Of a stretch of DNA of 64,000 nt, positions 54,001 to 63,600 are shown in pieces. Both the position numbers and the translations under genes were made by a program. The notes under the pieces are model-generated. The model saw nothing but the letters and a program-made list of their open reading frames with translations. It was not told where the DNA came from and did no database searches. The stretch is from Eledone cirrhosa (lineage: Eukaryota). The stretch's first letter is position 1, and each line of letters starts with the position of its first letter. The DNA lies in assembly GCA_964016885.1 (NCBI GenBank), contig OZ024740.1, forward strand, positions 33,356,001 through 33,420,000. The letters are read 5' to 3'.

Positions 54001-54249
54001 TATGTTAACCAAGAAAAACATTCTAACCTATTGAAAATTATATAAAGTTTTAATTAAAAATATGTAATATAAGACAAAAAAATAATTTTAATTAAATATT
54101 TTAAAGAGAAGCAGACCTTATCTGTAATATGTCGTGTTAACAATATCCATAAAACAGTTGGCTGGGTAGCTTTGACTTGCAGATGATACTGTGGGTTGAA
54201 ACTAATGTTGTAGCTGTCTTTCTTTGGCCCTTCTCTTGATAACCAGGAA
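36928..54249 (-). CDS. CAPN7: Calpain-7 (PalB homologue), 3' part: six coding exons encoding the C-terminal calpain domain-III/C2-like region. The 5' exons are not in this window
   Basis: Joined exons 54249-54117, 52019-51944, 46598-46387, 42135-41996, 41233-41141 and 37072-36928 give SWLSREGPKKDSYNISFNPQYHLQVKATQPTVLWILLTRHITDK-DDFANNREFITLLVYKSDGKKVFYP-YDPPPYIDGVRINSPHYL...GISAGGCANYPQTHKNNPIYQ...ELMGPKQYAVGFE...RKTSGDFRPGYCVLQLDNI...EGPFFLEIGSSSLVSVARLQ*. This closely matches my recollection of the vertebrate CAPN7 C-terminus (RHITDKDDFANNREFI, DPPPYIDGIRINSPHYL, SAGGCGN, EGPFFL). All introns are GT-AG with compatible phases. Confidence 0.95.
37370..37640 (+). mobile_element. Degenerate RTE LINE 3' coding fragment
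   Basis: Nucleotide similarity to 50870-51130 (AGCATGCTTCGATGGATG, GAGAGAAACTG, GAGGAGACTATGATGGTATGAACATGTGATGCGCATGGA). Confidence 0.8.
37853..38042. mobile_element. TA-flanked MITE (Tc2/pogo-like TIR CCGTATATACTCGAATATA), copy 1
   Basis: Ends TACCGTATATACTCGAATATAGACC and GGCTTATATTCAAGTATATACAGTA are inverted repeats. A related copy lies at 51656-51846. Confidence 0.8.
38160..38357 (+). mobile_element. Degenerate bipartite RTE-related non-autonomous element or SINE 3' half
   Basis: Contains the GCACCCAGTC...GGTTGGCATTAAGAAAGTCATCCAGCC module followed by an RTE-like tail AACCCATACAAGCATGGAAAA...TAAACAATGATGAT. Confidence 0.65.
38499..41106 (+). mobile_element. 5'-truncated, internally deleted RTE-clade LINE (endonuclease C-end, RT, PHD finger), pseudogenised
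   Basis: ORF pieces 38724-39197, 39118-39555, 39573-40505 and 40515-40715 carry TWWWN, KGKGDA..NYRGIKL, GVHQGSILSPLLF, LLYADDL and GRPRKTW. Frameshifts and stops are present. Ends in a (GAT)n tail at ~41086-41106. Confidence 0.93.
41141..41233 (-). CDS. CAPN7: CAPN7 exon (QYAVGFEIITVSENVPNTLGAFQRKTSGDF)
   Basis: tattcag|G ... CG|gtaagt; 93 nt = 1 + 30 codons + 2. Visible as the end of ORF 41137..41376. Confidence 0.93.
41996..42135 (-). CDS. CAPN7: CAPN7 exon (ITGHWKGISAGGCANYPQTHKNNPIYQINIDNQSAENHILIELMGP)
   Basis: tttgccag|ATC ... AA|gtaagt; 140 nt = 46 codons + 2. Contains the calpain domain-III motif GxW...SAGGC...NP. Confidence 0.94.
42270..42452 (-). mobile_element. tRNA-derived SINE family B, degenerate copy
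   Basis: On the minus strand it has a GGATTGGCAG..AT head, a B-box-like TTCAAATCC, then GAGGTTAGCTTTGCTTTCATCCTTACG..GTCGAT. Shared with 43615-43803 and 53722-53842. Confidence 0.7.
43091..43220. repeat. ~50-bp minisatellite, ~2.6 copies
   Basis: TCAGACAGGTTTAG(C/T)TGTTAGTAATTCTGT..CTGTAGAGTTTGTTA(T/C)ACC repeated. Confidence 0.8.
43615..43803 (-). mobile_element. tRNA-derived SINE family B
   Basis: Minus strand: GGTGGATTGGCAG..., B-box GAGTTCAAATCCC, central GAGGTTAACATTGCCTTTCATCCTTACGAGGTCGATAAAATAAAGTACCAGT, and an (ATT)n-like tail. Confidence 0.75.
43808..44143 (-). mobile_element. tRNA-derived SINE family A (tRNA head + CORE-like body + RTE-derived module and tail), full length
   Basis: Near-identical reverse complement of 44468-44812, with a (GAT)n tail at 43808-43821. 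Confidence 0.88.
44155..44362 (-). mobile_element. Highly degenerate SINE family B copy
   Basis: TTTCTAATTTAGG, AGTACTTTATTTTATC and GACCTTGGTGGAATTTGAA resemble the copies at 42270 and 43615. Confidence 0.55.
44415..44970. repeat. ~70-bp local tandem repeat (~2.5-3 copies) interrupted by the SINE at 44468-44812
   Basis: GATATGGGCTAATTAGATGTTATTTTTAACC occurs at ~44415, ~44850 and ~44921 (diverged). CTGTCTAGATAAT.TGTTGGCCTTTA occurs at ~44819 and ~44890. Confidence 0.75.
44468..44812 (+). mobile_element. tRNA-derived SINE family A, full length
   Basis: A-box TGGCTTAGTGG and B-box GAGTTCAATTCT. Body TCCTTGAGCAAGACACTT...CAGCTGTAGAAATG resembles the MIR/CORE domain. The 3' end CCCGTCCCACCCTTGCAAGCAGGGAAAAGCGGACGTAAAATG matches the RTE tail at 51227-51268. 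Confidence 0.9.
44971..45060 (+). mobile_element. Probable left end of a hAT/Charlie-like non-autonomous DNA transposon
   Basis: Starts CAGAGGC immediately after GTCTAGAT (an NTCTAGAN-type target) and contains the GC-rich subterminal GGCCTGCGGGCCACAATCCGGCCCGCC. The right end was not confidently found. Confidence 0.5.
45535..46166 (-). mobile_element. Non-autonomous Helitron (~630 bp)
   Basis: On the minus strand it begins A|TCTATATATCTAAAA followed by (GTCT)n. It ends with hairpin CCCGAGCAAAGCCGGG, 8 nt, then CTAG|T. These are the canonical 5'-TC, 3'-hairpin-CTAG and A/T insertion without TSD. Confidence 0.85.
46387..46598 (-). CDS. CAPN7: CAPN7 exon (DPPPYIDGVRINSPHYLCKLEEEPGTHSYTLIVSQYEKNNSIYYTLRVYANSEFSLTGIVDPYKKEYGKK)
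   Basis: attttcag|AT ... AAG|gtaagt; 212 nt = 2 + 70 codons. Confidence 0.94.
46740..47250 (+). mobile_element. Degenerate RTE-related remnant (5' module plus decayed 3' coding end and tail)
   Basis: AAAAGCACCCAGCCCACACTGTAAATGTAGTTGGTGTTAGGAAAGGCATTCAGCC, then GAATGAGATGGTTGGGTCAT (RxRWxGH), GGGGAAACCAAGAAAGA (GRPRK-like), and tail CTAACTCCTGCTTTAGCATGGAA. Confidence 0.6.
47296..47401 (+). repeat. Isolated RTE 3' tail plus ~50-bp flank, duplicated at 51221-51342
   Basis: Direct alignment of both the tail and the downstream AAGAGATATTATACTCAAAG.AATACAGT.TATGACCA.TTAACAGATT. Confidence 0.85.
47455..47765. repeat. Compound trinucleotide microsatellite (CAG/CAA/GGC/CAC/CAT)
   Basis: Runs of CAGCAG, GGCGGC, CAACAA and CACCAC/CATCAC. 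Confidence 0.9.
47870..48015. repeat. (TA)n/(GT)n microsatellite
   Basis: TATATA followed by imperfect and then perfect GT runs. Confidence 0.9.
48050..51283 (+). mobile_element. Near full-length RTE-clade LINE (APE endonuclease-RT-PHD single ORF), pseudogenised
   Basis: ATG at 48246 opens MKMSHLRVATLNVGTLRGR...VDVCCVQEVRW (APE N-terminus), followed by LAGDFNGHVG, SQIDFLL and QHRLVV. RT motifs AFVDLEKAFDRVP, GVHQGS and LLYADDL; C-terminal RRLWWYGHV..GRPRKTW. Has a (GAT)n tail. Lesions include TGA at 50857 and 50944, a 17-bp duplication at 49096-49129, and deletions. Confidence 0.95.
51365..51500 (-). mobile_element. 3' UTR fragment of a CR1-like LINE
   Basis: Direct match to 52185-52300 (AAATTATTGTGTACAGT.CTCAGGTGCACT...AGGTGCATGTATAGTACATAGAATAAT). 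Confidence 0.7.
51656..51846. mobile_element. TA-flanked MITE, copy 2 (opposite orientation to 37853-38042)
   Basis: TACCGTATATACTCAAATATAAGCC ... TATATTCAGGTATATACAGTA. Internal ATTTTACCATC..TTTTGGTCACA is the reverse complement of the copy 1 interior. Confidence 0.8.
51944..52019 (-). CDS. CAPN7: CAPN7 exon (DDFANNREFITLLVYKSDGKKVFYP)
   Basis: ttcttaatag|GAT ... T|gtaagt; 76 nt = 25 codons + 1. Confidence 0.94.
52185..52525 (-). mobile_element. CR1/L2-group LINE 3' end
   Basis: The minus strand translates VAEAWNKLPASVVSCWDTASFKTSMLPDIRQHYT*, the WNxLP..VV....FK motif of CR1-type ORF2 C-termini, followed by a UTR and an (ATT)n tail. Confidence 0.75.
52655..52945 (+). mobile_element. Degenerate RTE LINE 3' fragment with (GAT)n tail
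   Basis: GAGAGAAAAACTGGGTATAAGAGG, GAGAGAAGATTGTGCTGGTATGG, AGAGGAAGACCAATGAAGAACTGGG, tail CAAGCACGGAAAA...GATGATGAT. Confidence 0.8.
53179..53282 (+). mobile_element. Possible small CR1-like ORF2 C-terminal remnant
   Basis: Translates HRMLSVWNSIPADFVV, resembling the R...WNxLP..VV motif. Confidence 0.4.
53722..53842 (-). mobile_element. SINE family B, 5'-truncated copy
   Basis: CCAGTGCATTACTGGTGCTGTATTTTATCGACCCCGTAAGGATGAAAGGCAAAGTTAACCTTGGCAGGATTTGAACTCAGA matches 43654-43734. Confidence 0.75.
54117..54249 (-). CDS. CAPN7: CAPN7 exon (SWLSREGPKKDSYNISFNPQYHLQVKATQPTVLWILLTRHITDK)
   Basis: catttcag|T ... AAG|gtctgc; 133 nt = 1 + 44 codons. NPQY motif present. Confidence 0.92.
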
Positions 54250-54442
54250 CTGAAATGATGTGATAGATAACAACATTAACAATAACAGTCACAACAACAA
54301 TAACAACAACAGAAAAACCTTATAGTCTAAGGCAATATAAAATCTTTAATTTGATATTGGATCAACATAGAATTTAAGAAACAACGAAACAACCTACTAA
54401 AGTATTTCAAAACTAAGGATTCACTTAATAACAAAGTATTTG

Positions 54443-54511
54443 TTTAATAATGAAAGATTTATTTAATAATGAAAGATTTATTTAATAATGAAAGATTTAT
54501 TTAATAATGAA
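54443..54511. repeat. 19-bp minisatellite TTTAATAATGAAAGATTTA, ~3.6 copies
   Basis: Exact tandem copies read directly. Confidence 0.9.
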
Positions 54512-54624
54512 GAGGAAAGGAAACATATTTCAAAAACTAACAACGTAGAAATTATCAGATATTAAAATGAAAAAAAATGGTCAAAGTATATAAATTTTAT
54601 TGGAAGTGACCCCAATATAGCAGC

Positions 54625-57600
54625 AATTAACCAGCAACACAGTAGGTTCCAACTGACCACATAGATTGGTCATATTTAATTAACCAGTAATACAGTAGAT
54701 ACCAACTGACCACTGAAACTGTTTAGATTTAGTTAACCAGTAATACAGTAAGTTCTAACTGACCACTTAAATTGTTGAGATTTAGTTAACCAGTAATACA
54801 GTAGGTTCTAACTGACCACTGAAACTGTTGAGATTTAGTTAACCAGTAATACAGTAGGTTCTAACTGACCACTGAAACTGTTGAGATTTAGTTAACCAGT
54901 AATACAGTAAGTTCTAACTGACCACTTAAATTGTTGAGATTTAGTTAACCAGTAATACAGTAGGTTCTAACTGACCACTGAAACTGTTGAGATTTAGTTA
55001 ACCAGTAATACAGTAAGTTCTAACTGACCACTTAAATTGTTGAGATTTAGTTAACCAGTAATACAGTAGGTTCTAACTGACCACTGAAACTGTTGAGATT
55101 TAGTTAACCAGTAATACAGTAGGTTCTAACTGACCACTGAAACTGTTGAGATTTAGTTAACCAGTAATACAGTAGGTTCTAACTGACCACTGAAACTGTT
55201 GAGATTTAGTTAACCAGTAATACAGTAGGTTCTAACTGACCACTTAAATTGTTGAGATTTAGTTAACCAGTAATACAGTAGGTTCTAACTAACCACTTAA
55301 ATTGTTGAGATTTAGTTAACCAGTAATACACTAGATACCAACTGACCACTGAAACTGTTGAGATTTAGTTAACCAGTAATACAGTAGGTTCTAACTGACC
55401 ACTGAAACTGTTGAGATTTAGTTAACCAGTAATACAGTAGATACCAACTGACCACTGAAACTGTTGAGATTTAGTTAAACCAGTAATACAGTAGGTTCTA
55501 ACTGACCACTGAAACTGTTGAGATTTAGTTAACCGGTAATACAGTAGATACCAACTGACCACTTAAATTGTTGAGATTTAGTTAACCAGTAATACAGTAG
55601 GTTCTAACTGACCACTGAAACTGTTGAGATTTAGTTAACCAGTAATACAGTAGGTTCTAACTGACCACTGAAACTGTTGAGATTTAGTTAACCGGTAATA
55701 CAGTAGGTTCTAACTGACCACTGAAACTGTTGAGATTTAGTTAACCAGTAATACAGTAGGTTCTAACTGACCACTGAAACTGTTGAGATTTAGTTAACCA
55801 GTAATACAGTAGGTTCTAACTGACCACTGAAACTTGAGATTTAGTTAACCAGTAATACAGTAGGTTCTAACTGACCACTGAAACTGTTGAGATTTAGTTA
55901 ACCAGTAATACAGTAGGTTCTAACTGACCACTGAAACTGTTGAGATTTAGTTAACCAGTAATACAGTAGGTTCTAACTGACCACTGAAACTGTTGAGATT
56001 TAGTTAACCAGTAATACAGTAGGTTCTAACTGACCACTGAAACTGTTGAGATTTAGTTAACCAGTAATACAGTAGGTTCTAACTGACCACTTAAATTGTT
56101 GAGATTTAGTTAACCAGTAATACAGTAAGTTCTAACTGACCACTGAAACTGTTGAGATTTAGTTAACCAGTAATAGTAGGTTCTAACTGACCACTGAAAC
56201 TGTTGAGATTTAGTTAACCGGTAATACAGTAGGTTCTAACTGACCACTGAAACTGTTGAGATTTAGTTAACCAGTAATACAGTAGGTTCTAACTGACCAC
56301 TGAAACTGTTGAGATTTAGTTAACCAGTAATATAGTAGGTTCTAACTGACCACTGAAACTGTTGAGATTTAGTTAACCGGTAATACAGTAGGTTCTAACT
56401 GACCACTGAAACTGTTGAGATTTAGTTAACCGGTAATACAGTAGGTTCTAACTGACCACTGAAACTGTTGAGATTTAGTTAACCAGTAATAGTAGGTTCT
56501 AACTGACCACTGAAACTGTTGAGATTTAGTTAACCGGTAATACAGTAGGTTCTAACTGACCACTGAAACTGTTGAGATTTAGTTAACCAGTAATACAGTA
56601 GGTTCTAACTGACCACTGAAACTGTTGAGATTTAGTTAACCACTAATACAGTAGGTTCTAACTGACCACTGAAACTGTTGAGAATTAGTTAACCAGTAAT
56701 ACAGTAGGTTCTAACTGACCACTGAAACTGTTGAGATTTAGTTAACCAGTAATACAGTAAGTTCTAACTGACCACTGAAACTGTTGAGATTTAGTTAACC
56801 AGTAATAGTAGGTTCTAACTGACCACTGAAACTGTTGAGATTTAGTTAACCAGTAATACAGTAGGTTCTAACTGACCACTGAAACTGTTGAGAATTAGTT
56901 AACCAGTAATACAGTAAGTTCTAACTGACCACTGAAACTGTTGAGATTTAGTTAACCAGTAATACAGTAGGTTCTAACTGACCACTGAAACTTGAGATTT
57001 AGTTAACCGGTAATACAGTAGGTTCTAACTGACCACTGAAACTGTTGAGATTTAGTTAACCAGTAATAGTAGGTTCTGACCACTGAAACTGTTGAGATTT
57101 AGTTAACCGGTAATACAGTAGGTTCTAACTGACCACTGAAACTGTTGAGATTTAGTTAACCGGTAATACAGTAGGTTCTAACTGACCACTGAAACTGTTG
57201 AGATTTAGTTAACCAGTAATAGTAGGTTCTAACTGACCACTGAAACTGTTGAGATTTAGTTAACCGGTAATACAGTAGGTTCTAACTGACCACTGAAACT
57301 GTTGAGATTTAGTTAACCAGTAATACAGTAGATACCAACTGATCACTGAAACTGTTGAGATTTAGTTAACCAGTAATACAGTAGGTTCTAACTGACCACT
57401 GAAACTGTTGAGATTTAGTTAACCAGTAATACAGTAGGTTCTAACTGACCACTGAAACTTGAGATTTTGTTAACCAGTAATACAGTAGATAGCAACTGAC
57501 CACTGAAACTGTTGAGATTTAGTTAAACCAGTAATACAGTAGGCTCTAACTGACCACTGAAACTGTTGAGATTTAGTTAACCGGTAATACAGTAGATACC

Positions 57601-60600
57601 AACTGACCACTTAAATTGTTGAGATTTAGTTAACCAGTAATACAGTAGGTTCTAACTGACCACTGAAACTGTTGAGATTTAGTTAACCAGTAATACAGTA
57701 GGTTCTAACTGACCACTGAAACTGTTGAGATTTAGTTAACCGGTAATACAGTAGGTTCTAACTGACCACTGAAACTGTTGAGATTTAGTTAACCGGTAAT
57801 ACAGTAGGTTCTAACTGACCACTTAAATTGTTGAGATTTAGTTAACCAGTAATACAGTAGGTTCTAACAGACCACTGAAACTGTTGAGATTTAGTTAACC
57901 AGTAATACAGTAGGTTCTAACAGACCACTGAAACTGTTGAGATTTAGTTAACCAGTAATACAGTAGGTTCTAACTGACCACTGAAACTGTTGAGATTTAG
58001 TTAACCGGTAATACAGTAGGTTCTAACTGACCACTGAAACTTGAGATTTAGTTAACCAGTAATACAGTAGGTTCTAACTGACCACTGAAACTGTTCAGAT
58101 TTAGTTAACCAGTAATACAGTAGGTTCTAACTGACCACTGAAACTGTTGAGATTTAGTTAACCGGTAATACAGTAGATACCAACTGACCACTTAAATTGT
58201 TGAGATTTAGTTAACCAGTAATACAGTAGGTTCTAACAGACCACTGAAACTGTTGAGATTTAGTTAACCAGTAATACAGTAGGTTCTAACTGACCACTGA
58301 AACTGTTGAGATTTAGTTAACCAGTAATACAGTAGGTTCTAACTAACCACTGAAACTGTTGAGATTTAGTTAACCGGTAATACAGTAGATACCAACTGAC
58401 CACTTAAATTGTTGAGATTTAGTTAACCAGTAATACAGTAGATACCAACTGACCACTGAAACTGTTGGGATTTAGTTAACCAGTAATACAGTAGATACCA
58501 ACTGACCACTGAAACTGTTGAGATTTAGTTAACCAGTAATACAGTAGGTTCTAACTGACCACTGAAACTGTTGAGATTTAGTTAACCGGTAATACAGTAG
58601 ATACCAACTGACCACTTAAACTGTTGAGATTTAGTTAACCAGTAATACAGTAGGTTCTAACTGACCACTGAAACTGTTGAGATTTAGTTAACCAGTAATA
58701 CAGTAGGTTCTAACTGACCACTGAAACTGTTGAGATTTAGTTAAACCAGTAATACAGTAGGTTCTAACTGACCACTGAAACTGTTGAGATTTAGTTAACC
58801 AGTAATACAGTAGGTTCTAACTGACCACTTAAACTGTTGAGATTTAGTTAACCAGTAATACAGTAGGTTCTAACTGACCACTGAAACTGTTGAGATTTAG
58901 TTAACCAGTAATACAGTAGGTTCTAACTGACCACTGAAACTGTTGAGATTTAGTTAAACCAGTAATACAGTAGGTTCTAACTGACCACTGAAACTGTTGA
59001 GATTTAGTTAACCAGTAATACAGTAGGTTCTAACTGACCACTGAAACTGTTGAGATTTAGTTAACCAGTAATACAGTAGGTTCTAACTGACCACTGAAAC
59101 TGTTGAGATTTAGTTAACCAGTAATACAGTAGGTTCTAACTGACCACTGAAACTGTTGAGATTTAGTTAACCAGTAATACAGTAGGTTCTAACTGACCAC
59201 TGAAACTGTTGAGATTTAGTTAACCAATAATACAGTAGGTTCTAACTGACAACTGAAACTGTTGAGATTTAGTTAACCAGTAATACAGTAGGTTCTAACT
59301 GACCACTGAAACTGTTGAGATTTAGTTAACCAATAATACAGTAGGTTCTAACTGACAACTGAAACTGTTGAGATTTAGTTAACCAATAATACAGTAGGTT
59401 CTAACTGACCACTGAAACTGTTGAGATTTAGTTAAACCAGTAATACAGTAGGTTCTAACTGACCACTGAAACTGTTGAGATTTAGTTAACCAGTAATACA
59501 GTAGGTTCTAACTGACCACTGAAACTGTTGAGATTTAGTTAACCAATAATACAGTAGGTTCTAACTGACAACTGAAACTGTTGAGATTTAGTTAACCAGT
59601 AATACAGTAGGTTCTAACTGACCACTGAAACTGTTGAGATTTAGTTAAACCAGTAATACAGTAGGTTCTAACTGACCACTGAAACTGTTGAGATTTAGTT
59701 AACCAGTAATACAGTAGGTTCTAACTGACCACTGAAACTGTTGAGATTTAGTTAACCAGTAATACAGTAGGTTCTAACTGACCACTGAAACTGTTGAGAT
59801 TTAGTTAACCAGTAATACAGTAGGTTCTAACTGACCACTGAAACTGTTGAGATTTAGTTAACCAGTAATACAGTAGGTTCTAACTGACCACTGAAACTGT
59901 TGAGATTTAGTTAACCAGTAATACAGTAAGTTCTGACCACTGAAACTGTTGAGATTTAGTTAACCAGTAATACAGTAGGTTCTAACTGACCACTGAAACT
60001 GTTGAGATTTAGTTAACCAGTAATACAGTAGGTTCTAACTGACCACTGAAACTGTTGAGATTTAGTTAACCAGTAATACAGTAGGTTCTAACTGACCACT
60101 GAAACTGTTGAGATTTAGTTAACCAGTAATACAGTAGGTTCTAACTGACCACTGAAACTTGAGATTTAGTTAACCAGTAATACAGTAGGTTCTAACTGAC
60201 CACTGAAACTGTTGAGATTTAGTTAAACCAGTAATACAGTAGGTTCTAACTGACCACTGAAACTGTTGAGATTTAGTTAACCGGTAATACAGTAAATACC
60301 AACTGACCACTTAAATTGTTGAGATTTAGTTAACCAGTAATACAGTAGGTTCTAACTGACCACTGAAACTGTTGAGATTTAGTTAACCAGTAATACAGTA
60401 GGTTCTAACTGACCACTGAAACTGTTGAGATTTAGTTAACCAGTAATACAGTAGGTTCTAACTGACCACTGAAACTGTTGAGATTTAGTTAACCAGTAAT
60501 ACAGTAAGTTCTAACTGACCACTGAAACTGTTGAGATTTAGTTAACCAGTAATACAGTAGGTTCCAACTGACCACTGAAACTGTTGAGATTTAGTTAAAC

Positions 60601-63600
60601 CAGTAATACAGTAGGTTCTAACTGACGACTGAAACTGTTGAGATTTAGTTAACCAGTAATACAGTAGGTTCTAACTGACCACTGAAACTGTTGAGATTTA
60701 GTTAACCAGTAATACAGTAGGTTCTAACTGACCACTGAAACTGTTGAGATTTAGTTAACCAGTAATACAGTAGGTTCTAACTGACCACTGAAACTGTTGA
60801 GATTTAGTTAACCAGTAATACAGTAGGTTCTAACTGACCACTGAAACTGTTGAGATTTAGTTAACCAGTAATACAGTAGGTTCCAACTGACCACTGAAAC
60901 TGTTGAGATTTAGTTAAACCAGTAATACAGTAGGTTCTAACTGACCACTGAAACTGTTGAGATTTAGTTAACCGGTAATACAGTAGATACCAACTGACCA
61001 CTTAAATTGTTGAGATTTAGTTAACCAGTAATAGAGTAGGTTCTAACTGACCACTGAAACTGTTGAGATTTAGTTAACCAGTAATACAGTAGGTTCTAAC
61101 TGACCACTGAAACTGTTGAGATTTAGTTAACCAGTAATACAGTAGGTTCTAACTGACCACTGAAACTGTTGAGATTTAGTTAACCAGTAATACAGTAGGT
61201 TCTAACTGACCACTGAAACTGTTGAGATTTAGTTAACCAGTAATACAGTAGGTTCTAACTGACCACTGAAACTGTTGAGATTTAGTTAACCAGTAATACA
61301 GTAGGTTCTGACCACTGAAACTGTTGAGATTTAGTTAACCAGTAATACAGTAGGTTCTAACTGACCACTGAAACTGTTGAGATTTAGTTAACCAGTAATA
61401 CAGTAGGTTCTAACTGACCACTGAAACTGTTGAGATTTAGTTAACCGGTAATACAGTAGGTTCTAACTGACCACTGAAACTTGAGATTTAGTTAACCAGT
61501 AATACAGTAGGTTCTGACCACTGAAACTGTTGAGATTTAGTTAACCAGTAATACAGTAGGTTCTAACTGACCACTGAAACTTGAGATTTAGTTAACCAGT
61601 AATACAGTAGGTTCTAACTGACCACTGAAACTGTTGAGATTTAGTTAACCAGTAATACAGTAGGTTCTAACTGACCACTGAAACTGTTGAGATTTAGTTA
61701 ACCAGTAATACAGTAGGTTCTAACTGACCACTGAAACTGTTGAGATTTAGTTAACCAGTAATACAGTAGGTTCTAACTGACCACTGAAACTGTTGAGATT
61801 TAGTTAACCAATAATACAGTAGGTTCTAACTGACCACTGAAACTGTTGAGATTTAGTTAACCAGTAATACAGTAGATACCAACTGACCACTGAAACTGTT
61901 GAGATTTAGTTAACCAGTAATACAGTAGGTTCTAACTGACCACTGAAACTGTTGAGATTTAGTTAACCAGTAATACACTAGATACCAACTGACCACTGAA
62001 ACTGTTGAGATTTAGTTAACCAGTAATACAGTAGGTTCTAACTGACCACTGAAACTGTTGAGATTTAGTTAACCAGTAATACAGTAGATACCAACTGACC
62101 ACTGAAACTGTTGAGATTTAGTTAACCAGTAATACAGTAGGTTCTAACTGACCACTGAAACTGTTGAGATTTAGTTAACCAGTAATACAGTAGGTTCTAA
62201 CTGACCACTGAAACTTGAGATTTAGTTAACCAGTAATACAGTAGATACCAACTGACCACTGAAACTGTTGAGATTTAGTTAACCAGTAATACAGTAGATA
62301 CCAACTGACCACTGAAACTGTTGAGATTTAGTTAACCAGTAATACACTAGATACCAACTGACCACTGAAACTGTTGAGATTTAGTTAACCAGTAATACAG
62401 TAGGTTCTAACTGACCACTGAAACTGTTGAGATTTAGTTAACCAGTAATACAGTAGATACCAACTGACCACTGAAACTGTTGATTTAGTTAACCAGTAAT
62501 ACAGTAGGTTCTAACTGACCACTGAAACTGTTGAGATTTAGTTAACCAGTAATACAGTAGGTTCTAACTGACCACTGAAACTGTTGAGATTTAGTTAACC
62601 GGTAATACAGTAGGTTCTAACTGACCACTGAAACTGTTGAGATTTAGTTAACCAGTAATACAGTAGGTTCTAACTGACCACTGAAACTTGAGATTTAGTT
62701 AACCAGTAATACAGTAGGTTCTAACTGACCACTGAAACTGTTGAGATTTAGTTAACCAGTAATACAGTAGGTTCTAACTGACCACTGAAACTTGAGATTT
62801 AGTTAACCAGTAATACAGTAGGTTCTAACTGACCACTGAAACTGTTGAGATTTAGTTAACCAGTAATACAGTAGGTTCTAACTGACCACTGAAACTGTTG
62901 AGATTTAGTTAAACCAGTAATACAGTAGGTTCTAACTGACCACTGAAACTGTTGAGATTTAGTTAACCGGTAATACAGTAGGTTCTAACTGACCACTGAA
63001 ACTGTTGAGATTTAGTTAAACCAGTAATACAGTAGGTTCTAACTGACCACTGAAACTGTTGAGATTTAGTTAACCAGTAATACAGTAGGTTCTAACTGAC
63101 CACTGAAACTGTTGAGATTTAGTTAACCAGTAATACAGTAGGTTCTAACTGACCACTGAAACTTGAGATTTAGTTAACCAGTAATACAGTAGGTTCTAAC
63201 TGACCACTGAAACTGTTGAGATTTAGTTAACCAGTAATACAGTAGGTTCTAACTGACCACTGAAACTGTTGAGATTTAGTTAACCAGTAATACAGTAGGT
63301 TCCAACTGACCACTGAAACTGTTGAGATTTAGTTAAACCAGTAATACAGTAGGTTCTAACTGACCACTGAAACTGTTGAGATTTAGTTAACCGGTAATAC
63401 AGTAGATACCAACTGACCACTTAAATTGTTGAGATTTAGTTAACCAGTAATACAGTAGGTTCTAACTGACCACTGAAACTGTTGAGATTTAGTTAACCAG
63501 TAATACAGTAGGTTCTAACTGACCACTGAAACTTGAGATTTAGTTAACCAGTAATACAGTAGGTTCTAACTGACCACTGAAACTGTTGAGATTTAGTTAA

